Origin: Vicugna vicugna
Taxonomy: Eukaryota
Reading direction: 5' to 3'
Assembly: GCA_013265495.1 (NCBI GenBank)
Contig: MU058423.1
Span: forward strand, 261,061-325,060
DNA: 64,000 bases
Position 1 is the stretch's first letter, and each line of letters begins with the position of its first letter. The position numbers were made by a program, and so were the translations under genes. The notes under the pieces are model-generated. The model had not been told where the DNA came from. It saw only the letters and a program-made list of their open reading frames with translations, and did not search any database. This document shows, in pieces, positions 39,066 to 52,365 of this stretch.

Positions 39066-41889
39066 AAACAGACATGTCTGTAGTTTAGATCTGCATTACT
39101 ATAAAGACCTAAGTTAAAGAAAATAAAATTTTAGATCCCACCTCATTTTGTAATTTTTAATTCACTTAACATTTTATGAGTTTGGTAAATTATATCACTT
39201 TGGGCCTTTTGAGGACAGTAGTACAATTTCAGCATGACCTTATTTCTTAAAAAATAACTCAGCTTTTAATGGACTACTATACAGTATTTTTAAATGATGA
39301 GTTAGATCTCTATAGAGACAGAAAGAGATACACAAGATATATTGTGAAGTAAAAAGTGAGTTGCTTAACGGTTTGATTCTCTTTTTAAGAAAAGTACAGT
39401 CAGTATATTGTGCTTAAAAAAAATCCAGACAAACATAAAACAAATTATTGTCTTTATTCATTTATTCTCCAATCTTGTAATAAATTATTTTCCATGTAAC
39501 TCTGCAATGTTTGCATATTCGTACTGTGAGCATGTACTTTCATAAGCGAAAAAAGGACCAAAAATAAAACAAACCACTCCTCAGTTTTTAACTTTTCATA
39601 GTCTTCATAAAAAAGTAAAGTCTTGCTAGCGGAATTTTTTTGTTTTTGTTTTGTTTTTAGGTTGTGCAGAGAATTAGAAAATATATTTAAGTAAAAATTT
39701 GAAATATAGATATGAGTTTGAGGACATTTTAGCTGTAATTATTTTATAATTATTTTAGTGCCTACTTTGGGTAGTGTAATATGCTAGATGCTGAAGTAGA
39801 ATGAAGGATACAGTTTCTATTGTGCAGTAACCTACAGCTTATTTTGGGTAGCAGAAATTCCTCAGTAGCACTTTGTTGAGGAAATAAAATAAGTAATGAT
39901 CCCATAATTACCTACTTTAAGTACATTTTCCTTAAACTGAAAAATACCCTTTTTATTTTGAGGGTGAAATTTTATTTGCATGTTCTATTAGAAACTGAAA
40001 AATAAGAATTGCTTTAAAGTCAAATTGGAAAGGACATTTGCTGGTAGGTAAAACATGATAAAAAATAAAGTAGCCTAAGGAAAAATTTTAAATTATTAAA
40101 TAGCAAAGTTTTTTTAATATAAAATCCTGAAGTATCATTTGCTAATTAATGTGTCATACCTGTTTGATTACTGTTAATTATCTGAATTGTCACTTAGATT
40201 ATTACACAGCAGAAAAATATATACAGTTGCTATTCAAAAGCATATTTTTTAGAAATATTAAGTTGATACTTTTTTATCATATAAGTTTTACTGAATAATT
40301 GTCAACTTAATATCTTTGCTTACCATTTGCTAAGTGGCTACCAAGGTAGGATTTAGTTTAATGCTTCAGAATTCTCAAATTCACTGAAAATAATTTAAGA
40401 TATTTTAATCTTTAAAATAAAGCAGAACTTTAAATAGAAAGGACTTGGTTTAAGTATTAAACCTCTCTGAAAATAAAATATTCTTTTTATGATGGAGATT
40501 CCACTGTGATTGCTTCATTTTCTTTACTTCCTACTGAAGAAGCCCTTAGTGCACTTGCAAAGAGCATAAGGAGTCATGTCAGAGGTCAGCTATTTGAGTC
40601 CATTTTCCCACAGCCGCCTGGTGTGAGTGATCTTTTACTGTGTTTTAAAAAAATGGGCAAGGATTAAAGAGGATTAGAAAGAATATTACCCTCCTGAATA
40701 TAGGCCCAAGGCACTAAGGGGAGAGAACCCAGCCAGGCAGCAAATGGGCTTTGCTTGACCAGGACGCAACCTCTGCTGCATTCCTTTAAGAAACTGAATG
40801 GGAAATGTTAAGTCCCCAAACTGGATTAGTAAATAATCTCATAGCTTGTGACATCTGCTAAAATAAATTGATGAGCAGACTGCATTCTTACACTTTGAGG
40901 AGAGGACCAGACATCAAGATTAAGAGTAATAATTCTTTTATCTCTTTGCTTTTTAATTTCAACTTTATTGGACTATAGGAGAAAGAGTAATTAAAGATGG
41001 GTATTAAGCTCAGTAAGTGTTAAAAAGGCATATTCCATAAACAAAAAAGAAAAATTACTTTAGGTGTATTAATACCAAGAGTACATATGTATTGATTAAT
41101 AACCTAAGGCTTAACATTTGAAGCCACTGCAATTTTTTGTTTTTAGAATAGTTCCTGTTTGTAGCAGTTTTGCAAAGTGTTTCACAAATTCAGCTGTTCA
41201 TGTGGTTTTATCTCATTAGTTTGTGTAACAACCTGAAGAACTTAGAATTTAAGATATAAGAATGTATCTTTTAAGACACCTTTGAAATAGTTCTCTTTTT
41301 ATATTTTATAATAGAAGTTAATGTGGTTTGGACCTTATGATGCATAATTTGGTATCAAATTATTGAGAACCCAAGAGGTCGTTTCAAACCTAGTCTAGTA
41401 GGGGAGGTGTACTCTGGCTTAAGTCTTTGGAAAAAGTAGTTAGCTAACTATTTTTAAAAGATTTTGTTTGAGGTTGACCACTTTCATAATAAAGTTGATG
41501 TGTAAGTGGTGAATTTTGCATCTTTCTTCATGTAATTAGTACATTTGATTGGTGCAATAACTGATTATGCTGCTTTTGTTATGGACTGTAATATTAAGGC
41601 AAGTATTTTCTTCAAGAGTTTAAGGTAAAATTTAATTTCATATGTGAATAAGAATTGATAGGCTGAAACTTCTTTAACAGGCATGCTCACTAATCACTTA
41701 AATGCATCTTGCACTGTGCTTTCCTGGCTCAGTGTCTTTGTTTAAGTTGTCCCTGTACATTGAATATGTCCTCCTGTTCTTGTCCCCACCACACTCCCCA
41801 ATCTGCTCATCCATATTCCACCTATCTTTATTTATCAGCTCAAATCCCAAATTCTATCAAGTGGTTTAAATCATTATTAATACCTCTTA

Positions 41890-42625
41890 AACATGGAGTT
41901 ACCATATGACCTAGCAGTTCTGCTCCTAGGTATATACCCAAGAGAGATGAAAACCTATATTCACATAAAAATTCATACATGAATGTTTCTTACAGCATTA
42001 TTCATAATAGCCAAAAGGTGAAAATAACCAAATGTACATCAAGTGATGAATGGATAAACAAATGTGGTCTATCCATACAATGGAGTATCATTCAGCCACA
42101 AAAAGAATTGGGGTACTGATAGATTCTACAACATGGATGTATGCTTAGTGAAAGAAACCAGTCACAAAAGACCATAGATTATGTAATTCTGCTTGCATGA
42201 AATATCTGGAATAGGCAAATCTATAGAGACAGAAAGTATATTAGTGGTTGCTTAGAGTTTAGGGGGATGGGGGTAGAGGGTGGTAACTGAGGAGTACAGA
42301 GTTTCCTTTTGAAGTGATGAAAATGTTCAAAAATTGTGATGGTTGCACCTGTGAATATCCTAAAAACCATTGGATTGAGTACTTTAATTTTGTTTTGTTT
42401 TGTTTCGTTTTTGTGTGTGAGGGGGTAATTAGGTTTATCTATTTATTTATATTTATTTCTTTTGGTGGAGGTGCCAGGGACTGAACATGAGACCTTGTAC
42501 ATGCCAAGCCCCCATTCTACCACTGAGTATACCCTCTCGCATGAATTGTATACTTTAATTGGGTGAATTGTAAAGTATGTGAGTTATATCTCAATAAAGT
42601 GGTTATTTAAAAACTAAATTAAAAA
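41890..42625 (+). mobile_element. L1MB-like 3' end
   Basis: gagttaccatatgacctagcagttctgctcctaggtatatacccaagaga...ttatatctcaataaag. Confidence 0.88.
42389..42540 (-). mobile_element. Diverged tRNA-derived SINE nested in an old L1 3' end
   Basis: ggtaattaggtttat...ggaggtgccagggactgaac...gagtataccctc; imperfect flanking repeat tactttaatt. Confidence 0.8.
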
Positions 42626-43282
42626 ATGAATACCACCTATGCATATTCCTTTATGTATTTATACCTCTCATGAAGCTCTTACCATAGTCTGGTTATAATT
42701 ATTAACTTGAGGAATCTGTCTTTCTCATTACATTAGGAAGCTCCAGAGAGTAGTGTTTTGGTATTCCCTAACAAGCATAGTGCTTTGTGTTTAGTAAATA
42801 TTAATTTACTTGAACTTCTTAACAGTTAAGTTCCTTCACTGTAAAATGGGAATAAAGAAAAAAAATTTAATGTTACCATAACATGTTGTTCCAAAATTGT
42901 GCTTTATAATTTTTTACACTTATTCTTTTTTGGAAAAATACATAATTTACTCTCACATTATTTCTTCAGCTTGAGTTTCTATTTTGTGTTTAGCCAAGTT
43001 GCACATAAAGCACTTATCACCTTATTTTTACTTATAGGAATATTCTGATCTTTGGAATTTGCATATTTATATATATGAGTATTTTATATATGTTTTCAGT
43101 AGGCTCCCCATGTCATTTCAACTAGCTTAATGTTTGTTTTTTAAGTCAACTTTATAAAATTTGATTTTTTAAATCAAACTTTATAAAATTTGAATCTACA
43201 TTTTTGTGGATATTTGAATCTAACATAATTTAATTTTTCTTTTTTACTGTGTTGTGTCTATGTGTGTGTGTTATTTTTCTAG

Positions 43283-43433
43283 TATTTGCTAGAAATGAAA
43301 AGTCTCATTTTACCTCCAGAACACATTCTGAAACGGGGTGATAGTGAAGCAATTGCCTATGCGTTCTTTCATCTTCAGCACTGGAAGCGAATAGAAGGTG
43401 CTCTTAATCTGTTACAGTGTACGTGGGAAGGCA
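43283..43433 (+). CDS. ST7L: ST7L coding exon (probable exon 12), [50 protein letters not shown]
   Basis: ttctag| acceptor, |gtaagt donor; 151 nt; overlaps ORF 43286..43501. Confidence 0.95.
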
Positions 43434-43844
43434 GTAAGTATTCTTTTCCAAATGCAACACTAATCTCACTGTTCTTTGCATTCGCAGGCAGTCTTTTTTA
43501 ATGAGATTGAGTTTCCTTAAGGATTTATTGTTCAGATTGGTTTCAAAGTGGATTTGGTGGTATTTATTGGTCTATTGGTAGAAGAAATATGTGCTTATAC
43601 TGATGCCACATTTAGGAAAAGCAGAATTAGAAACTGTTAGGGTATTCTGCTATATGTTCATTTAAATTATGTATTTATAAGGAAAGAAAATGAAAACTGA
43701 TATCCCTTGGTTTATAAGTTTTTTAATGTGGTTAAGCTATTGTAATATTTTTAAAATTGGACTTGTTTTTTGGTTTTGTTTTGATATGTATACAACATGA
43801 AACTGTTTGCCTGATTACTGGTATCAACTCGATTCTTTAGCAGA

Positions 43845-44650
43845 GTTTTTAATTGTGGTAAAATATAAGTAAAACATAAAAATTGCCATCTTAAACATTT
43901 TTAAATGTACAGTTCAATGACATTATGTACATTGACATTGTTGTGCAGCCATCATCATCCATCCCCAGAATTTTTTCATCACCCCAAACTGAAGTTCTAT
44001 ACCCATTAAAAAATAACGTCCCATTCTTCTCTCCTCGCCAGCCCCCTGGTAACCATCCTGTTTTCTGTTTCTGTGAGTTTGACTACTCTAGGTATTTCAT
44101 ATAAGTGGACTCATATTTGTCCTTTTGTATGTGGCTTATTTTACTTAGCATATATGTTGTAGCATGTGTCAGAATTTTATTCCTTTTTTAGGCTGAATAA
44201 TGTTCCATTGTAAGTATATACAACATTTTGTTTATCCATTCATCCATCAGTGGATATTTGGGTTGTTTCCCTTTCTGAGTGTTGTGAATAATGCTGCTAT
44301 GAATGCAGGTACATAAATATCTGTTCAAGTTCCTGCTCTCAGTTCTTTTGAGTATCTACTTAGAAGTGAAATTGCTAGATCATATAATTCTATGTTTAAT
44401 TTTTTTGAGGAACCACCATACTATTTTCTGTAGCAGCTGCACCCTTTTACATTCTACTGGCAGTGCACAAGAATTTCACATTCTCTGTGTCCTTGTCAAA
44501 ACTTGTTATCTTCTGTTTTTTGATAATAGCTATCCTAAGGGATGTGAAGTAGTATCTCATTTTGATTTTTATTTGCATTTCCCTAATAATTAGTAACGTT
44601 GAACATCTTTTTATGTGTTAATTGGCCATTTGTACATTTCTTTGGAGAAC
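43845..44650 (-). mobile_element. L1MB-like 3' end, antisense
   Basis: tttttaattgtggtaaaatat...gtttatccattcatccatcagtgga...tttgcatttccctaat. Confidence 0.88.
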
Positions 44651-44762
44651 TGGACTATTTTCAGCTAACTACCAGATCTCTTATATATAACTTTTTAAAG
44701 TCAACTATCAAGGAAAATTCAAAAAAAAAATGCAATGCTCATTTACTAAAATTGGCTAACCC

Positions 44763-45345
44763 CTCAGTTCTCAGACTTTGCACTGAGGCATGTTGAGGTA
44801 TTAATAGCAAATTCACAAAAGTGCCATGGGATATTTTCAATTTTCAGGGAAAACATAGCAGTACTCAATATCTGTCAAATACCATTCAAACTGTTAGCGC
44901 TAGATAGTTCACAGTTTCAACATTAGATGGCTCTCCATTGTCTGTTTCTTTCGATGTTCTCATAGCTTTGCAAAGTTGGCTTTTTGTTAGTTGCTATAAT
45001 TAAAACAAGTACCAAACAAAAATCAGTGTGGAGCAGGAAATGAGGATGTGGTGTTCATTGTGATTACAAGGGTTGAGAAGTTATGTAATCCCAACAGGCT
45101 CATACATCCCATTAGGAAGAAATTATGGTTATTTAAAAATGAAGTAATTATTTTTTTCCTTCAATTTATGTGGAGGTTTTTTTCAGGTCGCTGGTCAGTG
45201 GTTGGACCATAAACTTTTAAAGTTGTTCAGACCCACTACTTAAGTGGAATTGTTAGATATTTCTTTCAGCATAGGGGCATCATAGCAAATTACTAAGACA
45301 TGAAGGGCACTAAGTGTCCTTGAAGCAAGAACATTTGGGAATCTC
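44763..45345. mobile_element. hAT-Charlie family DNA transposon remnant
   Basis: cagtgtggagcaggaaatgagg...gttgagaagtt...catcccattag; ends tttgggaatctctg. Confidence 0.65.
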
Positions 45346-45824
45346 TGCATTAACATTTTGCTGATGGCCAGGCACTGTGCTTGACATTGACAATATACAG
45401 ATTAATGAAACTGGGATTACTAAAACTGAAATGCTGACTGTTTTGGGACTTCCTTTTGCTTTTTTCTCAGTAGTGAATAGGCTCCTCAAAACCAGGTACT
45501 GTATCTCTTCACCTTCGTTGCCTAGAGTTCTGCTTGGCACATGCAGGTTTTCAATAAGTATATTATTTATTCTGTATTTCACAGATAATCATCTTGTGAA
45601 TGGTTTCCTAGTGTTATCACTGATTTGCTCTGTGACTTAGGACAAATCACTATGTTTTATTTTAGCAATATAAAATCCATATTTGACAGAAGTTTATAGA
45701 GCCAAGTACTAAAGGAAAAACGATAACCTTATCACAGTTTTCAGTGAGTTATCAGCTAGCTGAGTAGATCAATAAGGATTTCTTCTTTAAGAAGTCTGCA
45801 AGAGTTGGTAATAAAATCTAGGTG

Positions 45825-46061
45825 AGGGATTGGTAAACTTTTTCTGTAAAGGGCCAAATGGTAAATATTTAGTCCTTGTGGGCCATAGTCTCTGTCACAA
45901 CTACCCAACTCTTATAGCATGAAAGCAGCCTTACATAATACATAAACAAACAGGCATGGCTGTATTCTAATACAATTTTATTTATAAAAGCAGATAGTGG
46001 GCCAGGTCTGGCCAAGGGTTACCCCTTTAGATAGTTAATTTAGATACTTCGGTGACCCCTG
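45825..46061. mobile_element. MER58-like DNA transposon (MITE)
   Basis: agggattggtaaactttttctgtaaagggccaaatggtaaatatttt...gacccctg, with terminal inverted-repeat-like ends. Confidence 0.8.
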
Positions 46062-46507
46062 ATCTAGATTAAGCTCTGTTCGTAGAAAACTTTGGTGACA
46101 GCTCCCATATGAAATTAGGAGCCATTGAGAACTCTTTTAGGTTGCCAACAGTTAGGACCTCAACAGTTATATGTGATTCGCCTAAAAAGTGGAATTCATA
46201 CCTGGAGAGTTAAGTCTGTTGTGTTGTAATGAGGAGACTGAGGCAAGAAGGGCACAGCCAGTCTTATCTTCCACTACTCCCGTTAGTTTTATTCCAGCAG
46301 ACTGTGACTATTCTCTAAATAAATCTTATTCTTCCCCTTATTCACTCTTTTGCATACTTTGTTTCTTTCATCTAAAATGTCTATCTAAAACAGAAAATAA
46401 AATGCTATATGAAAATTTAATAAAAATATGTCTCCAAAATAGCTTTGATTGTAGTAAAGGATGAAAATGAGATTGAATTGAATGTCAACATATTTTTTTT
46501 CCCTCAG

Positions 46508-46600
46508 CTTTTAGAATGATTCCATACCCATTAGAGAAAGGCCATCTATTTTACCCTTATCCCAGCTGCACAGAGACTGCTGATAGAGAGCTATTACCTA
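46508..46600 (+). CDS. ST7L: ST7L coding exon (probable exon 13), (T)[30 protein letters not shown]
   Basis: ccctcag| acceptor, |gtaagt donor; 93 nt. Confidence 0.95.
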
Positions 46601-46834
46601 GTAAGTAAATTTGTGCATTTTCCTAAACTTAAAATTAATTGTAAGATTGTTTTTCATAGTATTCTCCCATTTTAAAAGTGACTTTGATTGAAATTTAGGA
46701 TACTGTTAAATACTAGTTTAGCCATTTCTTGGATGTAGTTGTATAATTCAGTTCATTCTTGAATTTTTTTTTGGTGAAACCCTATGCTAGATGCAATGAA
46801 TTAACAAAGATTAAAGATATTAAAAAGAGCAGTC

Positions 46835-48108
46835 ATCTTACAAGCATTTAAACAAAAACTAATTCCAATCCTTCACAAACTCTTTTCAGGAAATAAAGGA
46901 GGAAATAGCATCCCCCAATGCATTCTGTGAAAGTAGCATTTCCCTGACACCAAAATCAAATAAAGACATTACAAGAAAACTATAGAACAAGGGGGAGGGT
47001 ATAGCTCAAGTGGTAGAGCACATGCTTAATATGCAGAAGGTCCTGGGTTCAATCCCCAGTACCTCCTCTAAAAATAAATAAAATAAATAAAACTAATTAC
47101 CCCCCCAAAAAAGAAAACTATAGAACAATATCTCTCATGAATATAGACAAAAATTTCTTTAACAAGGTAAAACTGAATCCAGCAAACTGAATCCAGCAAC
47201 ATGTAGAAAAGATCCACGACCAAGTGGGATTTATCTCACAAATGCAAGATTGGTTTAACATCTGAAAATGTAATAGAATGAAGGACAATAGATGCAGAAA
47301 AGCATTTGTCAAAAATCCAACACCCATTCATGATAAAAATTATAAACAAACTAAGAATAAAAAAGAACTTCCTGAACCTGATAAAGAGCAGCTACCAAAA
47401 ACCCACAGTTAACATCATACTAAATGGTGAAAGACTGAATGCTTTCCTCCTAAGATCAGGAATAAGGCAAGGATGTCTGCTGTCTTCTGTTCAGCACTGT
47501 ACTGGAGATTCTGCTTAGTGCCATCAAGCAAGCAAAAAAAAAAAAAAGACATTAATATTCGAAAGAAAGAAGTTAAAACTGTCTTTATTCATAGGTGGCA
47601 TGATCTTCTGTATAAGAAAGCCTAAGAAATCCATAAAAATACTATTAGAACTAATAAGTTCAACAGGGTTGCAGGATATAGTATCAATATACAAAACTCA
47701 TATTTATATTGCTAGTATATTTATATGCTAGCAATGCTAGCAATGAACAATCCAATATGGAAATTAGAAAACAATTCCAATCACAGTAGCATTAAATAGA
47801 ACAAATGATTTAGAAGTAAGTTTAACGAAGGCAGTACAAGACTTGTACACTAAAATCTATAAAATATTGCTGAGAGAAATTAAAGAAAATCTAAATAAAT
47901 GGAGAGACATTCCATGTTTATGGATTGGAAGACCCAATGTTATTTATACAACAACTCTCTTCACATTGATCTATAAATTCAATACAATTCCTACAAATTA
48001 ACAAGCTGATCTCAAAATTAATATGGAAAGGTAAAGAACCCAGAAGTGCCAAAACAATCTTTATAAAGAAAAATGAAGATAGAGGGACTTCACTTGCAAA
48101 TTTTAAAA
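46835..48108 (+). mobile_element. Old L1 ORF2 (RT region) fragment
   Basis: ORF 47306..47518 (KIQHPFMIK...KPTVNIILNGERLNAFLLRSGIRQGCLLS) is L1 reverse transcriptase. Confidence 0.9.
46991..47110 (+). mobile_element. tRNA-derived SINE, camelid Vic-1-like, nested in L1 with an 18-bp TSD
   Basis: gggggagggtatagctcaagtggtagagc...gggttcaatcccc; TSD aagaaaactatagaacaa at 46973-46990 and 47111-47128. Confidence 0.92.
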
Positions 48109-48214
48109 AAGAGCAGTCAGAGTTGGAAGAAGAACCAGAAATATGTAGGATTATGATTGCTGAGAGTGTTTCCATCTAGTTCCTGCTTTCAGGAAGCGAA
48201 ACTTCTTAAAAAAA

Positions 48215-48269
48215 TAATATAATATAATATAATATAATATAATATAATATAATATAATATAATATAATA
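48215..48269. repeat. (AATAT)n pentanucleotide microsatellite
   Basis: Direct reading. Confidence 0.95.
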
Positions 48270-49344
48270 CTTTTTATCTTAGCTGCCTTATTATCCACTC
48301 ACTCTCTTTCTCTATGAACTGGTAAATTTCTTTTTAACTCCTTTTTATGATTTAACCAATAAGCAAGCATGCTGAAGTTTATAAACACTTGTTTCCTCTT
48401 ATGACATAAATCTGTGCTACAGGTTTTTCAATTCTGGGACCATTAGAACTGAAGTATAAGAAGGAAAGTTGCATTTTTACAACATGAGACTTAATGAGCT
48501 GGAAAGTTCAAACAGATAGCAGAAAATTTAGGAGAGATCGTAGAAGTTGAGCATGCTGTTATTTTTCTCCCAGGGTTTTTTTATTTTCCTCTGTCATCTT
48601 AGATAAGTTATCTCTTCTTTCTTTGAACTCACGAAGTGCTTTGTATGCTAAATCTCCCCCTTCTAGATTGTAAACTTATTAAAGGCCAGGATTCTCTTTA
48701 TTGACCCTCTATATATCTCTATAATGTTCACCATAAAAATTTACAATAATAAATATCATTTGAATTAGTCAAAGTGATTAATTTATTCTTATAAACATGC
48801 CAGGTACTTTGTAAGTACTCAAAAAAAATGTTAAATGTTAGTAACTTTTCCTCCTTACCCTGCTCTGAACTCTTAAACTGCTCATAGGTTAACAGAAAGA
48901 TATATAAACAATGTGTTAAGAGCTACATGTACGCAATAGATTATAAGGAAGCTGGAGTTGAGAGTGCCTGTCTCTCCAAGGTCAGGGATTATTCCCAAAT
49001 CTGACTTAGGTGATTTGAAGAATGGTAAATCCATCATACAGCAGGAGGAGCAGGTTTGGGAATAGGAGTGGGAGAAGTAAATAATTTCAAGCTTTGCATA
49101 TGTTGCATGTGTAACCTCTCACCCAATTACACATACATGTGTGTGTACATTTATATATGTGTGTGTGTATATATATGAATATATATATGCGTAAATATTT
49201 TGTTGTGTAATCTTTTTAACACATATACATACATAGTCTTTATATTTTATACCTCTAAATAATATATGGGGCTAAGATATCTTTGTAAGTTATAGGTATA
49301 TAATACATATGTTATCTTAAAATGTATATTGCATAAATAGTAAA

Positions 49345-49900
49345 TGCTTAGGCGTTCTTTGGGTATAAGTAATAGAGAACCACTTCAAAGTAGCCTAAAC
49401 ATAAAGAGAATTTGTTGGAAGACTGGATTGTCTCAGAGAACCCAAAGGTAACAGCTATAGTTGCATCTCAGAAGAGACTAGAACCAGGAACTAGAAGGCT
49501 GTCAAGATTTCCCGGAGTCATTTGGCTGTATATTTCTGTCTCTGGCTGCCTTTTTCAGTCTTTCCTACTCTCACTTTCTTTGTTTCCTTTGCCAACTCTG
49601 TCTTTTCTTTGTATGATCTCTCATTTCTGCTTCTCTCAGTGTATCTGCTTCATTTTTATATCTTTCTCTTTGCAGTTTGGCTTTCCCTTGTTATTCATGT
49701 AGCCAAACTTGAGGCCCCATAAAGCTCTGACTTCACATGTCGTCAGTTCAGGCCAATAATAGAGAATAAAGAATCCCACTATCAATCTCAACCCCACTTT
49801 TAAAGCTTCTGGGAGAGGAAATCAGATTAACTCAGGTGTTCATCTCTGGTCTGGTCAGCTGCGGCCTAGGGACAGGATCAGGTTGTGAAAGCAAAATCGC
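49345..49900. mobile_element. Old MaLR (MLT1-type) LTR remnant
   Basis: ctttgggtataagtaatagagaaccacttcaaagtagcctaaac...tcaggtgttcatctctggtctggtcagctg. Confidence 0.55.
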
Positions 49901-52186
49901 CAGTGGTGCTGATAGCTGTTTCTCTTTACATCTTTCTACATCACAGAACTGGCTTGGGAATCATCATTTTTCTAGGCATGAATGAGATCACTAAGGGAAA
50001 CTGTATAATAAAGTGTGAGAAATAAACTAAGGATGAACCATGGGGGCACAAAAATGTCTAAGGAATGAGTGGCTGATAAGGAGTCCAAAAGATTCAGTGA
50101 AGGAGTGGTCAGAGAGACAGGACAAGAACCAGAACTAGATATCCTAGAAACTAAAAGGAGGAAAAAATTTCCAAGTGAGGAGGAGTATCTGAAGTATTAA
50201 GTAAGGTAATTACTGGGGAGAATTCATTGACTTTGGCATTTAGAAGGTCAGTAGTGTTAGAAATTTTATTTTCTTTCCTAGGATGATAGTGATAATAGTT
50301 ATTTTACTGTGTTTTCATTTTAATGGGAAAAAGGGTATTTAAGGCAAAGGAATGAATCTTTGTGGAACATCAGTGTGCAGAAGTATATTACATTAAAGTA
50401 ATACATTTAGCTTAAAGTAATGCCCTCCAAATCATTACAAAAGTTGCCTGACATAAGGCCAACTTTCATAGTAATATGAATAAAATCAGGGTTATTATCA
50501 TGTATTAATTATCAGGGCCATAGGCTGTAAGAACAGACAGTTTGCCTATTGGCCGGCCTTTATTATTTCTAGGGTGCTACTCATTTGCAAATTCTAGGAG
50601 GTAGGAGAGGAGGGTTATTCTGGCGTTTGGCAGGGGTTGTTTGATTATATTGTATGTTCTTAGAGTATATTTTCTGTCTCTGTGTAGAATGAACAAAATT
50701 TTAGTAATGTGGAGTTCTAATTCCTGGGAGTACTTAATGTTTTTTGTTTTTAATTCTCCTTCAACCTTGATATGACTTACAACATTCTGGAATTTGCTTA
50801 TGAATCTCATAAGTTCAGGCTTGAACTATTCCCTTAGTTCACATAGCTATTTAGTTGTCTTTTATGCCTCCTGATAATTTTTTCTCTACAAGCCAGTGAT
50901 GAAATTTGAACTTCACTTCCAAGGGAGTGTTTCTGTACTAGTCATCCATTATTTTGACGTATTAGCCAAATGTTGACTGACAAATGAATCTACAGAAAGC
51001 AATCCAAAAAGAAATAATTGGATTTCTCCTGCAGTATAAAAATTCCGTGTTTTAGGAAATTATCTTACTAAAGCTATATAGTTTTCTACCTTACAAAGTA
51101 GGAATAATACTATCTATCTCTCTGGAAATCTTCTGGATTTTTAATGAATTTGCTTTTTGGTATATGCTTTCAGAAGATAGTATAAGACATAAAAATATTA
51201 TGGCCACTGAAGGGAAACTTAGCTGTAATATTCTCTGTGAATCATTTGTTTAAGAAAGGTTAAATTTATAGCTGACCTTGATTCAGCACTGAATTAGTCA
51301 TTCCTTACCTAAGCAGGATATTACATCAGTAATTCCTGGGTTTTTCTTCAGCCCTGAGTGGCCAGCTTCCTGAACACATGAAGTACCAGAATAACTCTCA
51401 GTTTAGCAGTGCAATTCTCATTTATTGTGCACCTACTGTGTGCCAAGCATTGTAGTAGGCTGCTCTCAGCATTGTTATTCAAGTATTTTCAAATTTCAAA
51501 TAAGATGTAAGTAGTTAAATACTGTTGGTAATAAAATAGCCAATTTCTAGAAAAATGATACCTGAGAAAATGTGTAACTTACTGTAGTAAAATATGACAA
51601 GGGACTTTATTTATGTTCAGAATCCTAGGGCTTTGCTGTTCTGGTTAGATTTTTACAGTGTTTGATGAAATGCCACATATAGGACATTTATTAATAACTG
51701 CATAAAATTATTAGCTGATTGTTCTGAGAAATCTTCAACCATATGTCTTTCTCTTGATCTCTATACTCATCTGAGCCCCAAAGAGCAAGAATTATAACAA
51801 CACATTTATAAAGGGCTTACCGTGTTCATCTTAACAACTCCGTAGCAACTTCTAGAGGGTTTAGCAACTTGTTCAAAATCACACAGCTAATAAGTGACAA
51901 AGCTCTTTTTCAAAACTACCTCAGCATGACTACAATTAATGTTCTTTCCCACGATGCTATCCTGTTCCCAGTTCCCAGCACAGTCTTTTGGCTATGTTGA
52001 TAGGCTGTTGATGCTAGAATAAATAATGGATAACTTCCTTCTACCTTGCTTGACCAGAGACTTCGCATTCTTTTTAAAAAACATTTTCCTTTTTAGTTTT
52101 TAAAAATAGATTTCATTTGAAATATTAAAACTGGCTTATACTGTCTTCTGAAATAAAATCCCATTTCTGTGTTTTCTCCCTTGTAG

Positions 52187-52326
52187 CGTTTCATCATGTT
52201 TCTGTTTACCCAAAGAAAGAGCTTCCTTTTTTCATCCATTTCACAGCAGGACTGTGTTCTTCTACAGCAATGATAGCTCTTCTCACACACCAGTTTCCTG
52301 AAATCATGGGTGTTTTTGCTAAAGCT
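52187..52326 (+). CDS. ST7L: ST7L coding exon (probable exon 14), (T)[46 protein letters not shown], includes a hydrophobic segment
   Basis: ttgtag| acceptor, |gtaagt donor at phase 0; 140 nt. Confidence 0.95.
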
Positions 52327-52365
52327 GTAAGTATGATCTCAAGGACTTGTGTAGAGTATTTGTAA
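52327..52365 (+). CDS. ST7L: Alternative ST7L C-terminus from donor read-through: [12 protein letters not shown]
   Basis: In-frame continuation to TAA at 52363-52365; resembles the C-terminus I recall for a human ST7L isoform ([12 protein letters not shown]). Confidence 0.7.
   Translation, partial: VSMISRTCVEYL

Noticed and set aside
46991..47065. tRNA-like sequence with A and B boxes
   Set aside because: It is the head of a SINE present five times in the window, with a SINE tail and TSD; not a tRNA gene.
47170..47199. 14-bp tandem duplication aaactgaatccagc, with similar short ones at ~6436-6463 and ~29069-29100
   Set aside because: Ordinary slippage duplications with only two units and no spacer structure; not CRISPR-like.
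2124..52326. Assignment to the paralog ST7
   Set aside because: Diagnostic residues ([50 protein letters not shown]) fit ST7L as I recall the two proteins.
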